From a virus (Duplodnaviria > Caudoviricetes), in the IMG/VR virus record IMGVR_UViG_3300029705_000021: 64,000 nucleotides of DNA, one strand, 5' to 3'. The translations under genes and the position numbers were made by a program. Under the pieces are notes generated by a model. That model was not told the DNA's origin. It worked only from the letters and a program-made list of their open reading frames with translations, and searched no databases. Of the stretch, positions 51,720-60,810 are shown in pieces; within the stretch, counting starts at the first letter, position 1; every line of letters begins with the position of its first letter.

Positions 51720-52955
51720 TTAAAGTGAATTTAACCAGTCATCAGAATCATCAGAAGTTGTTTCTGTCTCATCTGTGTCAACATCATCTGTATCTACATC
51801 GTAACCATCTTCATCTTCGTCCTCGTCCTCATCCTTTGGAGATAAACATTCCATTATTAAAGCATCTTCTGAGAACTTTTCATCAATTCTCTGAACTTCA
51901 GGTTTTTTATCTCCTTCTTCACCTACCATTTTAATCATAGGCTTTAAGATAAGCATTCTTCTTTCACGAGAACCATTTTCTGAACACTTAGCTAATGCTT
52001 CTTCCTCTGTATAAACTCCGATATCAATAAGTTCCTTAATATCATCTGGAACATCATCCATAGTAGCTTGAACAGTAGCACCTGTTTCTACGAACTCACC
52101 CTCAAAAGTAATCTGAGTAACACCCTTCTTAACTTTAAAGAGTTTAGCCATTACCTTCTTAACTTTTTCCTTACCCTCAGCAGTAGAAATATCAACTGGG
52201 AATTCAAACTGTCTCTTTAATGGAACAAACTTTCCACCTTTAACCTTACCATTATCAGTAAGATCCCAACCATTATATTCCTTAAATTTTTCTAAGATAT
52301 AAGCATCAATAATTAAAGATGATTTATCTTTATCTAAAGAATCCTGAGTGCAACTATCTTTATCAATTAACATAGTCTGAGTAAATGTTGCACGATACTT
52401 GTCAGGTGTTGCAGAAGATAAAGCAATTGAACTAATTTCTTTTCTACACTGTACATTACCATTATAAACAGTATAACGTAAGTTACCAGATACATTAACA
52501 ACCATACCATCTTCAAGATACTCATTAATATAAGCAATAGTATCATATGGTGTTAAGAACTTCTTGTAGAAAGTCTTATCTTTATCTGTCTTCGCAAGTC
52601 CTACTGTAGTAAAGCTTAAATCGCCGATATCAGCTAAAATAGACTCATCGAAACGATCATCCCAATCAATAGTATAAGAATTCTCAAAGTCATCTGTGCC
52701 GTCTTCCTTCTTACCGTGAACATAAACTATATTGTCTCTTTCCGAGCCATAACCGCCCATTAATTCACAAAATACATTTCCTGACTTCTCACCACAAAAT
52801 ACACCTAAATTAATAGAATTATAAACCCAATCTGACTTTTCAGACTTAGCATCAATTCTGTATGTGAAATCATTAATCTTTGCTTCTCCAACAAGGTTGA
52901 ATCTTTGCACCCATTCTTTTTTCTCTAATGCATTTGTTGTTTCTTTCTTTGCCAT
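51720..52955 (-). CDS. Putative single-stranded DNA-binding protein (YorF-like)
   Basis: OB-like beta content, a very acidic C-tail, and the head position of the replication block. Confidence 0.6.
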   Translation of the reverse strand: MAKKETTNALEKKEWVQRFNLVGEAKINDFTYRIDAKSEKSDWVYNSINLGVFCGEKSGNVFCELMGGYGSERDNIVYVHGKKEDGTDDFENSYTIDWDDRFDESILADIGDLSFTTVGLAKTDKDKTFYKKFLTPYDTIAYINEYLEDGMVVNVSGNLRYTVYNGNVQCRKEISSIALSSATPDKYRATFTQTMLIDKDSCTQDSLDKDKSSLIIDAYILEKFKEYNGWDLTDNGKVKGGKFVPLKRQFEFPVDISTAEGKEKVKKVMAKLFKVKKGVTQITFEGEFVETGATVQATMDDVPDDIKELIDIGVYTEEEALAKCSENGSRERRMLILKPMIKMVGEEGDKKPEVQRIDEKFSEDALIMECLSPKDEDEDEDEDGYDVDTDDVDTDETETTSDDSDDWLNSL

Positions 52956-53012
52956 ATTTTTTCTCCTTTATTTATATTTATATAATATATAATTAATTAG
53001 TAACAAATTTAA

Positions 53013-53264
53013 TTATTTGTTTTTAAAATATAATCTTCTGTCGTAATTCATGCGACTGAACCCATAATCTTCTGAATGTTTAACTACATTAACACATCCA
53101 CAATTTGAGCAATGTACGAGCTTTGTAGAATATCCGTACCCTTTATTGTCCCACCAAGCTTCATCAGGCTTGAAGACAAAATCGGTGTGACACTTTTTAC
53201 ATTCACAACTATTCTTACTTTTTTGATAGAAGTAAGCTGCTTCAAAATCTTCAACAGTTTTCAT
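53013..53264 (-). CDS. Zinc-ribbon protein
   Basis: CKKC and CSNC pairs. Confidence 0.6.
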   Translation of the reverse strand: MKTVEDFEAAYFYQKSKNSCECKKCHTDFVFKPDEAWWDNKGYGYSTKLVHCSNCGCVNVVKHSEDYGFSRMNYDRRLYFKNK

Positions 53265-53386
53265 GGTTTACCTCCTTTCTCGAAGGCAAACCAAAGTGCT
53301 CCTTGAGCAATTGCCTGAATCTTAATTTTAGTTATCAATCTTCTAGTTTTATATTCTCTTTCTTATATTTTTATTTTTAATTAGTT

Positions 53387-54340
53387 TTAATTAGTTTCGT
53401 CTACTGCCAATTCTTCTGCTTCTTCCATATTTGGAGTTGTTACTATATATTTGCTAGTTTCTAACAATAAATCATCAATAGATAATTCATTATATATGTA
53501 ATATGGAATTCTAATTAATGGTATTTTATTGTTTAGACAATAGATATTTTTTGCTATATCATGCGAATGTCTTTGTTCATAAGATTCTACATCATTCCAA
53601 CCACCAATTGCTTTAAAATGCTGAATGCCATCATATTCAATAAGATATGAAAGATTATTATTATTATCTATGATGCCAAAATCGTATCTTGGTGTTCCAT
53701 TTGTATCCTCAAATTTAAAATTATCAAAAGTATATTGCGGTTTATATGATATATTATTTACTTTTAAAATAGATGATATTTTTTGTTCGCCAAGTGAATG
53801 AATACAGCCACAGCTTATTGTACGACCTTCTCGTAGATTTCTTGATGGTACGTTAGTAATATTACCACAATCACACTGACATTCCCAATAAAGTACTCCT
53901 GGAGCGTCCCCAGTTCCTTTTTTTAATACAGTCAACAAACCAAATTTTTGATCACTAATATCAACACATCTATTTTGGGCTAATTCAACATTATAACAAC
54001 CACAACTTTTAGTATTACCTGATTTTAAATCAGTAGATACAACATCAACAACATTTCCACATTCGCATTGACATTTATATATCTTTTGTCTATGTTTTGT
54101 TCTTCTGTCTAAAAGTTCTATTACAGTTAAACGCTCAAATTTTTGACCAACCAAGTTTTCATTTTTTAAACAACCACATGATAATGTTATTCCTCCAGTG
54201 AGTGCAGTACCTCGAATTGGCTTAATGTTACCACACTCACATTCACATACCCATTTTGTTGGATTTTTATATGGGAAATCTCTATATAATACTGTTAATC
54301 TCCCAAACTTTTGTCCTGTTAAATCTTTAAATCTTCCCAT
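53387..54340 (-). CDS. Homing-endonuclease-like protein (three GQKFGRLTV/CxCxCG repeats plus PD-(D/E)XK domain)
   Basis: Repeated CECG...SCGC units; RYDF...IEYDGIQH...LIRIPY. Confidence 0.75.
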   Translation of the reverse strand: MGRFKDLTGQKFGRLTVLYRDFPYKNPTKWVCECECGNIKPIRGTALTGGITLSCGCLKNENLVGQKFERLTVIELLDRRTKHRQKIYKCQCECGNVVDVVSTDLKSGNTKSCGCYNVELAQNRCVDISDQKFGLLTVLKKGTGDAPGVLYWECQCDCGNITNVPSRNLREGRTISCGCIHSLGEQKISSILKVNNISYKPQYTFDNFKFEDTNGTPRYDFGIIDNNNNLSYLIEYDGIQHFKAIGGWNDVESYEQRHSHDIAKNIYCLNNKIPLIRIPYYIYNELSIDDLLLETSKYIVTTPNMEEAEELAVDETN

Positions 54341-54349
54341 ATCTTCACA

Positions 54350-55615
54350 TTATCCATGATATTTTACTAAAAACTCATTATCAACAGCTTTAAAACTATG
54401 AACACCATCTAAACTTCTGAACACAAGTCCTTCTCTCATACCACCATAAGTTGCAGCTTCACCACCAGCCATAGCCAACACTTCTTCACAAGTATCAGGA
54501 AGAACAATATCAGTTGCTACAATTGGAACTGTTGGAACATTATATTTGTCCATAAGTTCTTTCATTTCAATAGGATTAAGGCGTTTTGTTGTTCCATCTT
54601 TGTATCCAAAAATTACATTGAACACTTCGAATACATGCTCTTTTAAACCATAATCTCTTTTCTGAATTCCTTCTCCAAATGTTTCACCCTGAATAGTTAC
54701 AAATTCATATTCATCTGTAAGTAAAGCTTCTAAAATATTTTTAATTGAATATTTATCTGCCATTTCAGTATAAACATTTATATCATACCACGAACCATCT
54801 TTACGATTTGTCATGACAACGTTTCTAGAACAAACAAAATATTCTTGATTTTTACCATGACCTTTTAAAGACATTGTGGTGCTCGTCCCATCTCGTTTTT
54901 CTGTACCGATCCACTTAGTGTTAATAGAATGTACATGTGAAAAACAGTTTTGAACTCTCTCTTCGTCTGTCTTAACAATATGTGAAGGGAAACTCTTAAC
55001 ACCATTCTTTTTATCTCCACCAAGAATTAAATACAATAGTTTCTTAGCAAACACATGCTTCATACACCAACGACCAAATCTACTCTTTGCAAGTTTAGGA
55101 TGTCTATTCATCATACGTTGATATTTTGCATTTGGATTATTCTTGTTGCTTTTTCTCTTATTATCTTCTGGATCTGCATATGTAACTCCTAATTTTGATG
55201 TAAGGAAATCACCTTCTTCAAATGATTCAATTCCACCAGTTTCAGTCTCTGCTACAATAGTCATGCCATATGAATCTGCATGAATTGTCCAACCAAAATC
55301 TTGAGCAGACATTAATAGTCCTTGTGAATAGAAATTACCAATTTTATTTCCTTCTGCATCTTTTAAGGCAAACTTTTGTGTCTTGATTTTTCCATGATAT
55401 TTTTCCGTAAAAGCAAACTCTGGTTTAGAGGTGTCGAGTTTTGAATCAATTTCAAAATAAATTCCTAAGTCACCTGGCTTAAAAGCACCAACTGGGATCA
55501 TACACGTCCATCCACCTACTTTAGCACACTCAACTCTGTCTCTTCCATGAATCGGTTCAATACTATCAACTCTTACAACATAAACTAATTCTCTTTGTCC
55601 ATCTTTGTTTAACAT
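54350..55615 (-). CDS. ATP-dependent RNA ligase (DRB0094/Rnl5-like, with an N-terminal OB domain)
   Basis: Nucleotidyltransferase motifs TEKRDGTS, QGETFG, FEVFNV, REGLVFR, SFKAV; YFEIDS and KTDEERVQN. Confidence 0.9.
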   Translation of the reverse strand: MLNKDGQRELVYVVRVDSIEPIHGRDRVECAKVGGWTCMIPVGAFKPGDLGIYFEIDSKLDTSKPEFAFTEKYHGKIKTQKFALKDAEGNKIGNFYSQGLLMSAQDFGWTIHADSYGMTIVAETETGGIESFEEGDFLTSKLGVTYADPEDNKRKSNKNNPNAKYQRMMNRHPKLAKSRFGRWCMKHVFAKKLLYLILGGDKKNGVKSFPSHIVKTDEERVQNCFSHVHSINTKWIGTEKRDGTSTTMSLKGHGKNQEYFVCSRNVVMTNRKDGSWYDINVYTEMADKYSIKNILEALLTDEYEFVTIQGETFGEGIQKRDYGLKEHVFEVFNVIFGYKDGTTKRLNPIEMKELMDKYNVPTVPIVATDIVLPDTCEEVLAMAGGEAATYGGMREGLVFRSLDGVHSFKAVDNEFLVKYHG

Positions 55616-55678
55616 CTATTAATTTCACATCCTTTCATCTATTTTTAATTAGTCTAACTATTTATTTATTACCATATC

Positions 55679-55987
55679 TTACTTGTTATTAACCTTTACA
55701 GAACCAGTAGCCTTCTGAATATTCTTCATCAATTGAATATTATCGTTAATCATAAGAGCCAAAGCCTGATCCTCTGTGAATCCTGCATTTACATATGCAT
55801 CATACATATTCTTCTTTACCTTTGCTACGACAGCTGGGTGTTCTGTGTTGTTAGAATAATCCTTATAAACTTCTACTACTTCTTGTGCGAGTTCATATAC
55901 CATAGGCTTATACTTAGCAATTAATTCCTTAATTGTAGGTGTTAATACTTCTGGATTTTCCATTAATAAACTTAAAATTGTTTCCAT
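55679..55987 (-). CDS. Hypothetical protein
   Basis: RBS; YDAYVNAGFTEDQALAL motif. Confidence 0.6.
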   Translation of the reverse strand: METILSLLMENPEVLTPTIKELIAKYKPMVYELAQEVVEVYKDYSNNTEHPAVVAKVKKNMYDAYVNAGFTEDQALALMINDNIQLMKNIQKATGSVKVNNK

Positions 55988-55999
55988 TTTTTATCTCCT

Positions 56000-56350
56000 T
56001 TACTTCACTATCTTTACTTTACAACCATACATCTTCTCTAAATCAGCCATACTAACCTCTTTAATCTTCTCTTCATAAATAAGATACTTGTTATCAATAG
56101 CATTTAAAGTAGTCATGTCGTGTTGGTCTGTCACTCTGTAAACCTTAATAATTCTGTTATCCTTACCATCGTACTTAAATGTTAAATCATCATTAATCAT
56201 ATCTAAAGAACGATACTTATGAATAACTTCGCCTTTGTTATTCTTAAACCATTTGATCAAATCGCCCTTGGGAGTGCCACGAAGAACAACACCATAGCTG
56301 CCTTTACTACTAAGGACAACATCACTAGTCTTTAATCCACTTAACTTCAT
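56000..56350 (-). CDS. Hypothetical protein
   Basis: RBS; C-terminal EVSMADLEKMYGCKVKIVK motif common in phage ORFs. Confidence 0.6.
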   Translation of the reverse strand: MKLSGLKTSDVVLSSKGSYGVVLRGTPKGDLIKWFKNNKGEVIHKYRSLDMINDDLTFKYDGKDNRIIKVYRVTDQHDMTTLNAIDNKYLIYEEKIKEVSMADLEKMYGCKVKIVK

Positions 56351-56382
56351 AATCTTTTCATTCCTTTCTTTATTGTATATTT

Positions 56383-57441
56383 TTAATTAGTTTCAAAATT
56401 TGTCATCTTGTGATTTTCATCTACAATACCATAGCTTTTCAAAATTTCCATTTCTTGTTCATATGCAACGCAGCCTGAAAGCATAGCAATAATTTCTTCT
56501 TTTAAATTATTTAATTCATCTAACTGTTTATTAAATTCTGAAGACACTCGCTTAAATTCATTATTAGATTCTACTGTCAAAGGTAATGTAAGAGAAAATG
56601 AAGGTACAACTACATTTTTAATTTCATTTTCTTCGACATATGTATTATACTGTTCTTTTAATTGATTAATAAAGATATGATTTTTATCTGCTTCTACAAT
56701 TCTTCTCTGTGCATTGTCCAGTGCTTTATTAATTGCATCTTGTTTTCTCTTAAAATACAGGTCAACTACCTGCTGATTTTTGATCTCTTTCATTTTTGTT
56801 TCCTCACTTTCTTTAATTTCTTTTAAATTATTGTTTACTACATCTTGAATATAATTTGAATAACTTGCAGTATTGACTGTAGTTGCTGCTGGGAATAAAA
56901 TATCAATATCACTACTAAGATAATAAGTATCTAATGCATCAGCATTTTCAAACAAACATTTCTTAGTTAATTCTTCTTCGTATGTTGTATCTGATACTTT
57001 TTCTAAACAATTTACAGATAATGAAACTCTTACAATGTTATTTTCTACATTAAATATATCAACAATATATCTTTCAAGATTACGAATGCTCTCATCAGGT
57101 TTATATATTGTGCCACAACAATTATGAATTTTAGAACCTTGTGGATAATTAATTCTAACTTTTTCTCCAATCTTAAACTTAAAATTATTGACAACTTCGC
57201 AACAATTACATGGAATCCAAAAATCATATAATTCTCCATAAGATCTTTGTTGTGGATATGCTATATCTGATGGATTTTGTTTACCATCTATATGTACAGA
57301 ATATTTACCAGTACCAGCAACATAGTTAACAATACCAATATCGCCAATTTCCACAGCTTCATTATGTTTATAAGGTACTTTCTTAATAATCTTAACATAA
57401 TCACCGACTTTAGCTTTATCTTGGTTTTTATAAACTGCCAT
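56383..57441 (-). CDS. Hypothetical protein with two SH3/KOW-like domains and a coiled coil
   Basis: AKVGDYVKI and FKIGEKVRI repeats; AAGGAG RBS. Confidence 0.6.
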   Translation of the reverse strand: MAVYKNQDKAKVGDYVKIIKKVPYKHNEAVEIGDIGIVNYVAGTGKYSVHIDGKQNPSDIAYPQQRSYGELYDFWIPCNCCEVVNNFKFKIGEKVRINYPQGSKIHNCCGTIYKPDESIRNLERYIVDIFNVENNIVRVSLSVNCLEKVSDTTYEEELTKKCLFENADALDTYYLSSDIDILFPAATTVNTASYSNYIQDVVNNNLKEIKESEETKMKEIKNQQVVDLYFKRKQDAINKALDNAQRRIVEADKNHIFINQLKEQYNTYVEENEIKNVVVPSFSLTLPLTVESNNEFKRVSSEFNKQLDELNNLKEEIIAMLSGCVAYEQEMEILKSYGIVDENHKMTNFETN

Positions 57442-57484
57442 TGTATTCTCCTTTCTTATAAAATTAGTTAGTTTAAACTAAGAA

Positions 57485-57559
57485 TTACGATTAATAGATT
57501 CGAACTATTGACCTCCACTTTTTTATATAGTGGTGCTCTCGCCACTGAGCTAAATCGCA
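57485..57559 (-). tRNA. tRNA-like gene with an aberrant 9-nt anticodon loop (AUAUAAAAA)
   Basis: Acceptor TGCGATT/AATCGTA, D arm GCTC/GAGC, anticodon stem CCACT/AGTGG, T arm AATAG-TTCGAAT-CTATT. Confidence 0.75.
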
Positions 57560-57617
57560 ACTGAATTCATACTTTAATTAAAGTCACTCATAAATCTGCG
57601 CACCTATTATGAGTAAA

Positions 57618-57689
57618 CTCTAGTAACGAGAATCGAACTCGTGACATGTGGATTTCCGTCCACTGTTCTGCCAACTGAACTATACTAGA
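57618..57689 (-). tRNA. tRNA-like gene (Asn-like body) with an aberrant 6-nt anticodon loop (CGGAAA)
   Basis: Acceptor TCTAGTA/TACTAGA, G73, D arm GTTC/GAAC, stem GTGGA/TCCAC, T arm ACGAG-TTCGATT-CTCGT. Confidence 0.75.
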
Positions 57690-57699
57690 GTATAAAACA

Positions 57700-57795
57700 A
57701 TAGAATTAAAAAGAAATGTGTGGATCATTTTTTCATCTTTACCATTATCATTCTTCACATAATTGACTCTGTTTATGTCTCGCAATTAATTCTAT
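57700..57795 (-). ncRNA. Unassigned structured RNA, copy 1 of 2
   Basis: Closing stem ATAGAATTA/TAATTCTAT; core GTGAAGAATGATAATGGTAAA...AATGATCCACACATT shared with 57921-58020. Confidence 0.6.
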
Positions 57796-57811
57796 ATGTT
57801 TTATTTTATTA

Positions 57812-57912
57812 GACAGTTTAATCGCCCTCACTGACAACGGAGTTGTACATCAACTCACATGGAACAGTTTCACCATTAGCATCTGGCTGAATACGTCAGC
57901 ACTCCAACTGCC
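57812..57912 (-). ncRNA. Unassigned five-way-junction RNA
   Basis: Closing GGCAGTT/AACTGTC plus hairpins GCTGA/TCAGC, ATGG/CCAT, GAGTTG/CAACTC and GTTGTC/GGCGAT. Confidence 0.5.
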
Positions 57913-57920
57913 AAGTCAAA

Positions 57921-58020
57921 ATAGAATTATAAGTAATGTGTGGATCATTGTTATTGTCTTTTACCATTATCATTCTTCACGTTATTGACTATGTTTTTAA
58001 CGTCTCTCAGATAATTCTAT
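57921..58020 (-). ncRNA. Unassigned structured RNA, copy 2 of 2
   Basis: Same closing stem and core as 57700-57795. Confidence 0.6.
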
Positions 58021-58029
58021 TTATTTTTT

Positions 58030-58550
58030 AAGATGCATCCCCAGGCTATGATCATCTCACCCAGTATACAGTAGTGTTTCGCACTTGCATGGCACACTCT
58101 GCAGAAGCCTTGCGCTTAAAAGATATTTTTTCACACCTTAAACCTCTCAGCCATAAAAATATCAAAAACGTATCGGAGCACCCTAACACTAACAACTTGC
58201 AATTTGCTGCTCCTTTCCGTATCCAATTCACTGATACTATTTTTATCATAACCCACAATGATAAAGGAGATCACCACCTCGTCCTACCGCTAACCGTAAC
58301 ATACGATTTACTAAGACTTCCCTATCTAATTCACTGTTTCTTTTTCTCGCATTTCAACCCTTATGCATTGCTAAAAGAATACTAGAAAACAAGTCCATAA
58401 CCCAAATACTTATCAACATGATAGATAATAAGTAGAGTAAACTGGAGTTCCAATGCTCTACAAAATTTCATGTGTTATGTTTCCAAAATATACATATATG
58501 TAACAATGTTTCTGTGTGGTTTATAGTCATATGAAACACTAAAATCGTAG
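58030..58550 (-). ncRNA. Probable ROOL large structured ncRNA (5' boundary approximate)
   Basis: Ordered blocks GGTTGAAATGCGAG, TTAGTAAATCGT, AGTGAATTGGATACGGAAAG, GGGTGCTCCGATACG, GAGAGGTT..AGGTGTGA, AAGTGCGAAACAC and GGGTGAGATGAT..TAGCCT match my recollection of ROOL. Size and the tRNA-cluster, Firmicute-phage context fit. Confidence 0.75.
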
Positions 58551-58556
58551 ACCTAA

Positions 58557-58648
58557 CGGAGACTCTGGAACTCGAATCCAGACACCGAATTACTTCGATT
58601 ACTCACTCCTTAGCAGGGAGCTGCCTTACCAATTAGGCTTAAGTCTCC
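58557..58648 (-). tRNA. tRNA-Ser(GCT)
   Basis: GGAGACT/AGTCTCC, anticodon loop CTGCTAA, long variable arm, G73; CCA not encoded. Confidence 0.9.
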
Positions 58649-58897
58649 AGATATAATACCGACACACCATACGGTATCTTGATTGCTTTCACTATGCCTT
58701 TGTAATCCTCGCTTCCGCAATCTTTCTCGTCTATTCTTCTGTTGGCATACAGGACGATGGACATTCGTAATACTCTATAATGTAACTGCTAGTTTTCCGA
58801 CCTATTCTAACCCACCTCAAAGGTAACAGTCCGTATAATTATAAAGCGCAGGCTTACTCCACACCTATCTGGTTTATCGAGCGAAGACAGCTCGGCT

Positions 58898-58985
58898 TGT
58901 TAGAGGAAGGATTTGAACCTTCAAGATATTTCCTATCTACTAAGTAGTACTCACTCAATGCCTTACCATTTCGAGCCACTCTAAC
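58898..58985 (-). tRNA. Class II tRNA-like gene with a degenerate anticodon arm (loop GAGTACT, nominal GTA, no U33)
   Basis: GTTAGAG/CTCTAAC acceptor, variable hairpin AGATA/TATCT, T arm GAAGG-TTCAAAT-CCTTC. Confidence 0.65.
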
Positions 58986-59111
58986 AGATTGTGGCAAATG
59001 CTTAAAGTAGACCGCCACTCTTCTACACATAGCGCATTTATAAGACCATATACTCAAACTCACTGCGCTGTTTTGTTTACCTTGTGAGACCCATTCGTAT
59101 ATGGAATTTTT

Positions 59112-59178
59112 CAAGACACCATTTACACTATTATTCACCTAAAGAAAGTATGTACTTAAATGTAGCTGTTAGTGTCTT
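59112..59178 (-). ncRNA. ACAGCAA-motif RNA (variant ACAGCTA); cargo loop unclear
   Basis: AAGACAC-TA-ACAGCTA...GTGTCTTG; first element downstream of the promoter at 59208-59236. Confidence 0.65.
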
Positions 59179-59207
59179 TTGTTGTTTGTAAGTTTTTTGT
59201 TGTATTG

Positions 59208-59236
59208 ACTATACCACATTACGTGGTATTTGTCAA
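59208..59236 (-). promoter_or_regulatory. SigmaA-type promoter for the downstream ncRNA block (motif RNA, tRNA-Ser, ROOL)
   Basis: TTGACA-17 nt-TATAGT with extended TG. Confidence 0.75.
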
Positions 59237-59264
59237 TACTTATTTGTAATTTTAATTAGTTTAA

Positions 59265-60770
59265 TTAAATTACTTCTTTTAATGCTTCTTCTACCATGTT
59301 ATAACGTTCTTTATTAAGTTCTGCAATTAAACACTTATATGGATCAACTTCACCATTCATAACCATATTAATTAAGTTTACACTGTATCCAGACATCAAT
59401 ACAACGCCATATTCATTGCTTTGTAATGGGATAACATTTCTAGAACCAGATCCTGCTACATTCCAAAAGATTAATCTTGGAAGATGATAGTTATGTGCTT
59501 TGTACATATCACTGATATTTTCAAATAAAGCTTTTGTAAAGTTATGACTATGCGCATCAAACTGCATATCACTGATTACCACAATATTTCTAGGCATTTC
59601 TTCTTGTGGAAGATTATTCTTAATAGCAACATCTAAAACAAGTTTAAAAACTGCTTCAATATTTGTATTGCTACAATCATCTTCTTTATATGTCTTTACA
59701 AGCTTATCATGTAAATTATCATATCCAGACAAATCAATTAATTTAGGTCTTGCACTAAAAGTAATAAACTGATTAGCAAACTGTCCTTCACATCTTTCAG
59801 ACATATAAATTGCTAATGCTGTACTAACATCTAATGGTTTTCCACTATCAGCCCATGACATACTACCAGAACCATCTCTAACAACTAATGTATTGCCAGT
59901 TGATTCAAAATTCGGAAGTGCTTTCCACATTTCTTCTAATGCAATATCCTTATTTTGTAAGTAATATCCTCTGCCATATTTATGTACAATTTCATCTGGG
60001 AACAGAACTTTTGAATTAATCTTAACATTCTTATCTCCACGTTCAAGAGCTGCCAAATACTCTCTACGTCTTTCTTCATCGTTTCTAAGGAATGCACTGT
60101 TGTAAATAAGGTTACTACGACTAGGTACTGCTGAGTAATTAATCTCATTCCACTGTTTAGCAGACATCTTTACTTCAACTACATCTAAGTAAGCACGAAG
60201 TTTAGATAAAGTTTTTCTGTATTGTCTCTCAGTCATGCCAATTTCTTTATAAATAATCTTAGCAAGTCTTTTTGTTTCTTTAGAAGAAGCGTTAACACTT
60301 GGAAGCCATTTTGCAATAAGACTACATGGTTTATTGTCCATCATATTCTTGGCATCTTCATTAAGCTGCTTCTTAATAATTGCAATAACGTCAGTCTTTA
60401 ATTCTGTATCAAGTAAACCTAATACATCATCATATCTACCAAACTCTGGAATTAAAGCAATTACTGCCTTAGCAACAGATGGATGATTCTTTGCTAAATA
60501 TTTCATGATTACTCTAAAAGTTCTTCTCTCGCCAATTCCTTCACGAGCATCTCTAACATAAAATAACCACTTCATTGCTAACATCTTGTTCTCATAAAAT
60601 GCATCTACAAATTTTGCAGCAATTGTATCTTCTGTCATTTTTCTTAAAGTTGTAACTTGAAAATTAAGATCTAACAAATTTTTGCCAGAAGTCTTATATC
60701 CAATTGCTCCATTTGTAGTAATAGCTTTTTCATTTTTCATTTCGTTTTTTAATCCATCCATAAAACTCAT
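59265..60770 (-). CDS. TROVE/Ro60-like protein (DUF2828-type helical repeat plus vWA/MIDAS domain)
   Basis: TTNGA, LFYVRDAREGIGER, FGRYDD, IAKWLPS, YRKTLS; vWA motifs VVRDGSGSM, ITFS, TNIEAVF, ISDMQFD, IFWNV. Confidence 0.85.
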   Translation of the reverse strand: MSFMDGLKNEMKNEKAITTNGAIGYKTSGKNLLDLNFQVTTLRKMTEDTIAAKFVDAFYENKMLAMKWLFYVRDAREGIGERRTFRVIMKYLAKNHPSVAKAVIALIPEFGRYDDVLGLLDTELKTDVIAIIKKQLNEDAKNMMDNKPCSLIAKWLPSVNASSKETKRLAKIIYKEIGMTERQYRKTLSKLRAYLDVVEVKMSAKQWNEINYSAVPSRSNLIYNSAFLRNDEERRREYLAALERGDKNVKINSKVLFPDEIVHKYGRGYYLQNKDIALEEMWKALPNFESTGNTLVVRDGSGSMSWADSGKPLDVSTALAIYMSERCEGQFANQFITFSARPKLIDLSGYDNLHDKLVKTYKEDDCSNTNIEAVFKLVLDVAIKNNLPQEEMPRNIVVISDMQFDAHSHNFTKALFENISDMYKAHNYHLPRLIFWNVAGSGSRNVIPLQSNEYGVVLMSGYSVNLINMVMNGEVDPYKCLIAELNKERYNMVEEALKEVI

Positions 60771-60810
60771 AATTCTTTTCTCCTTTTTGAATTGATATAT
60801 TTTTCAATTC

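Noticed and set aside
584-57471. Short antisense or alternate-frame ORFs nested in long genes (for example 584, 4834, 11151, 24953, 34181, 42775, 49017)
   Set aside because: Shadow ORFs of well-supported genes on the other strand or frame.
58650-59110. tmRNA, or self-cleaving ribozymes (hammerhead, pistol, theta/HDV-like), among the tRNAs
   Set aside because: Pseudoknots are present, but I found no split tRNA-like domain with a tag ORF and no intact catalytic core on the transcribed strand. A covariance-model search is needed to exclude them fully.
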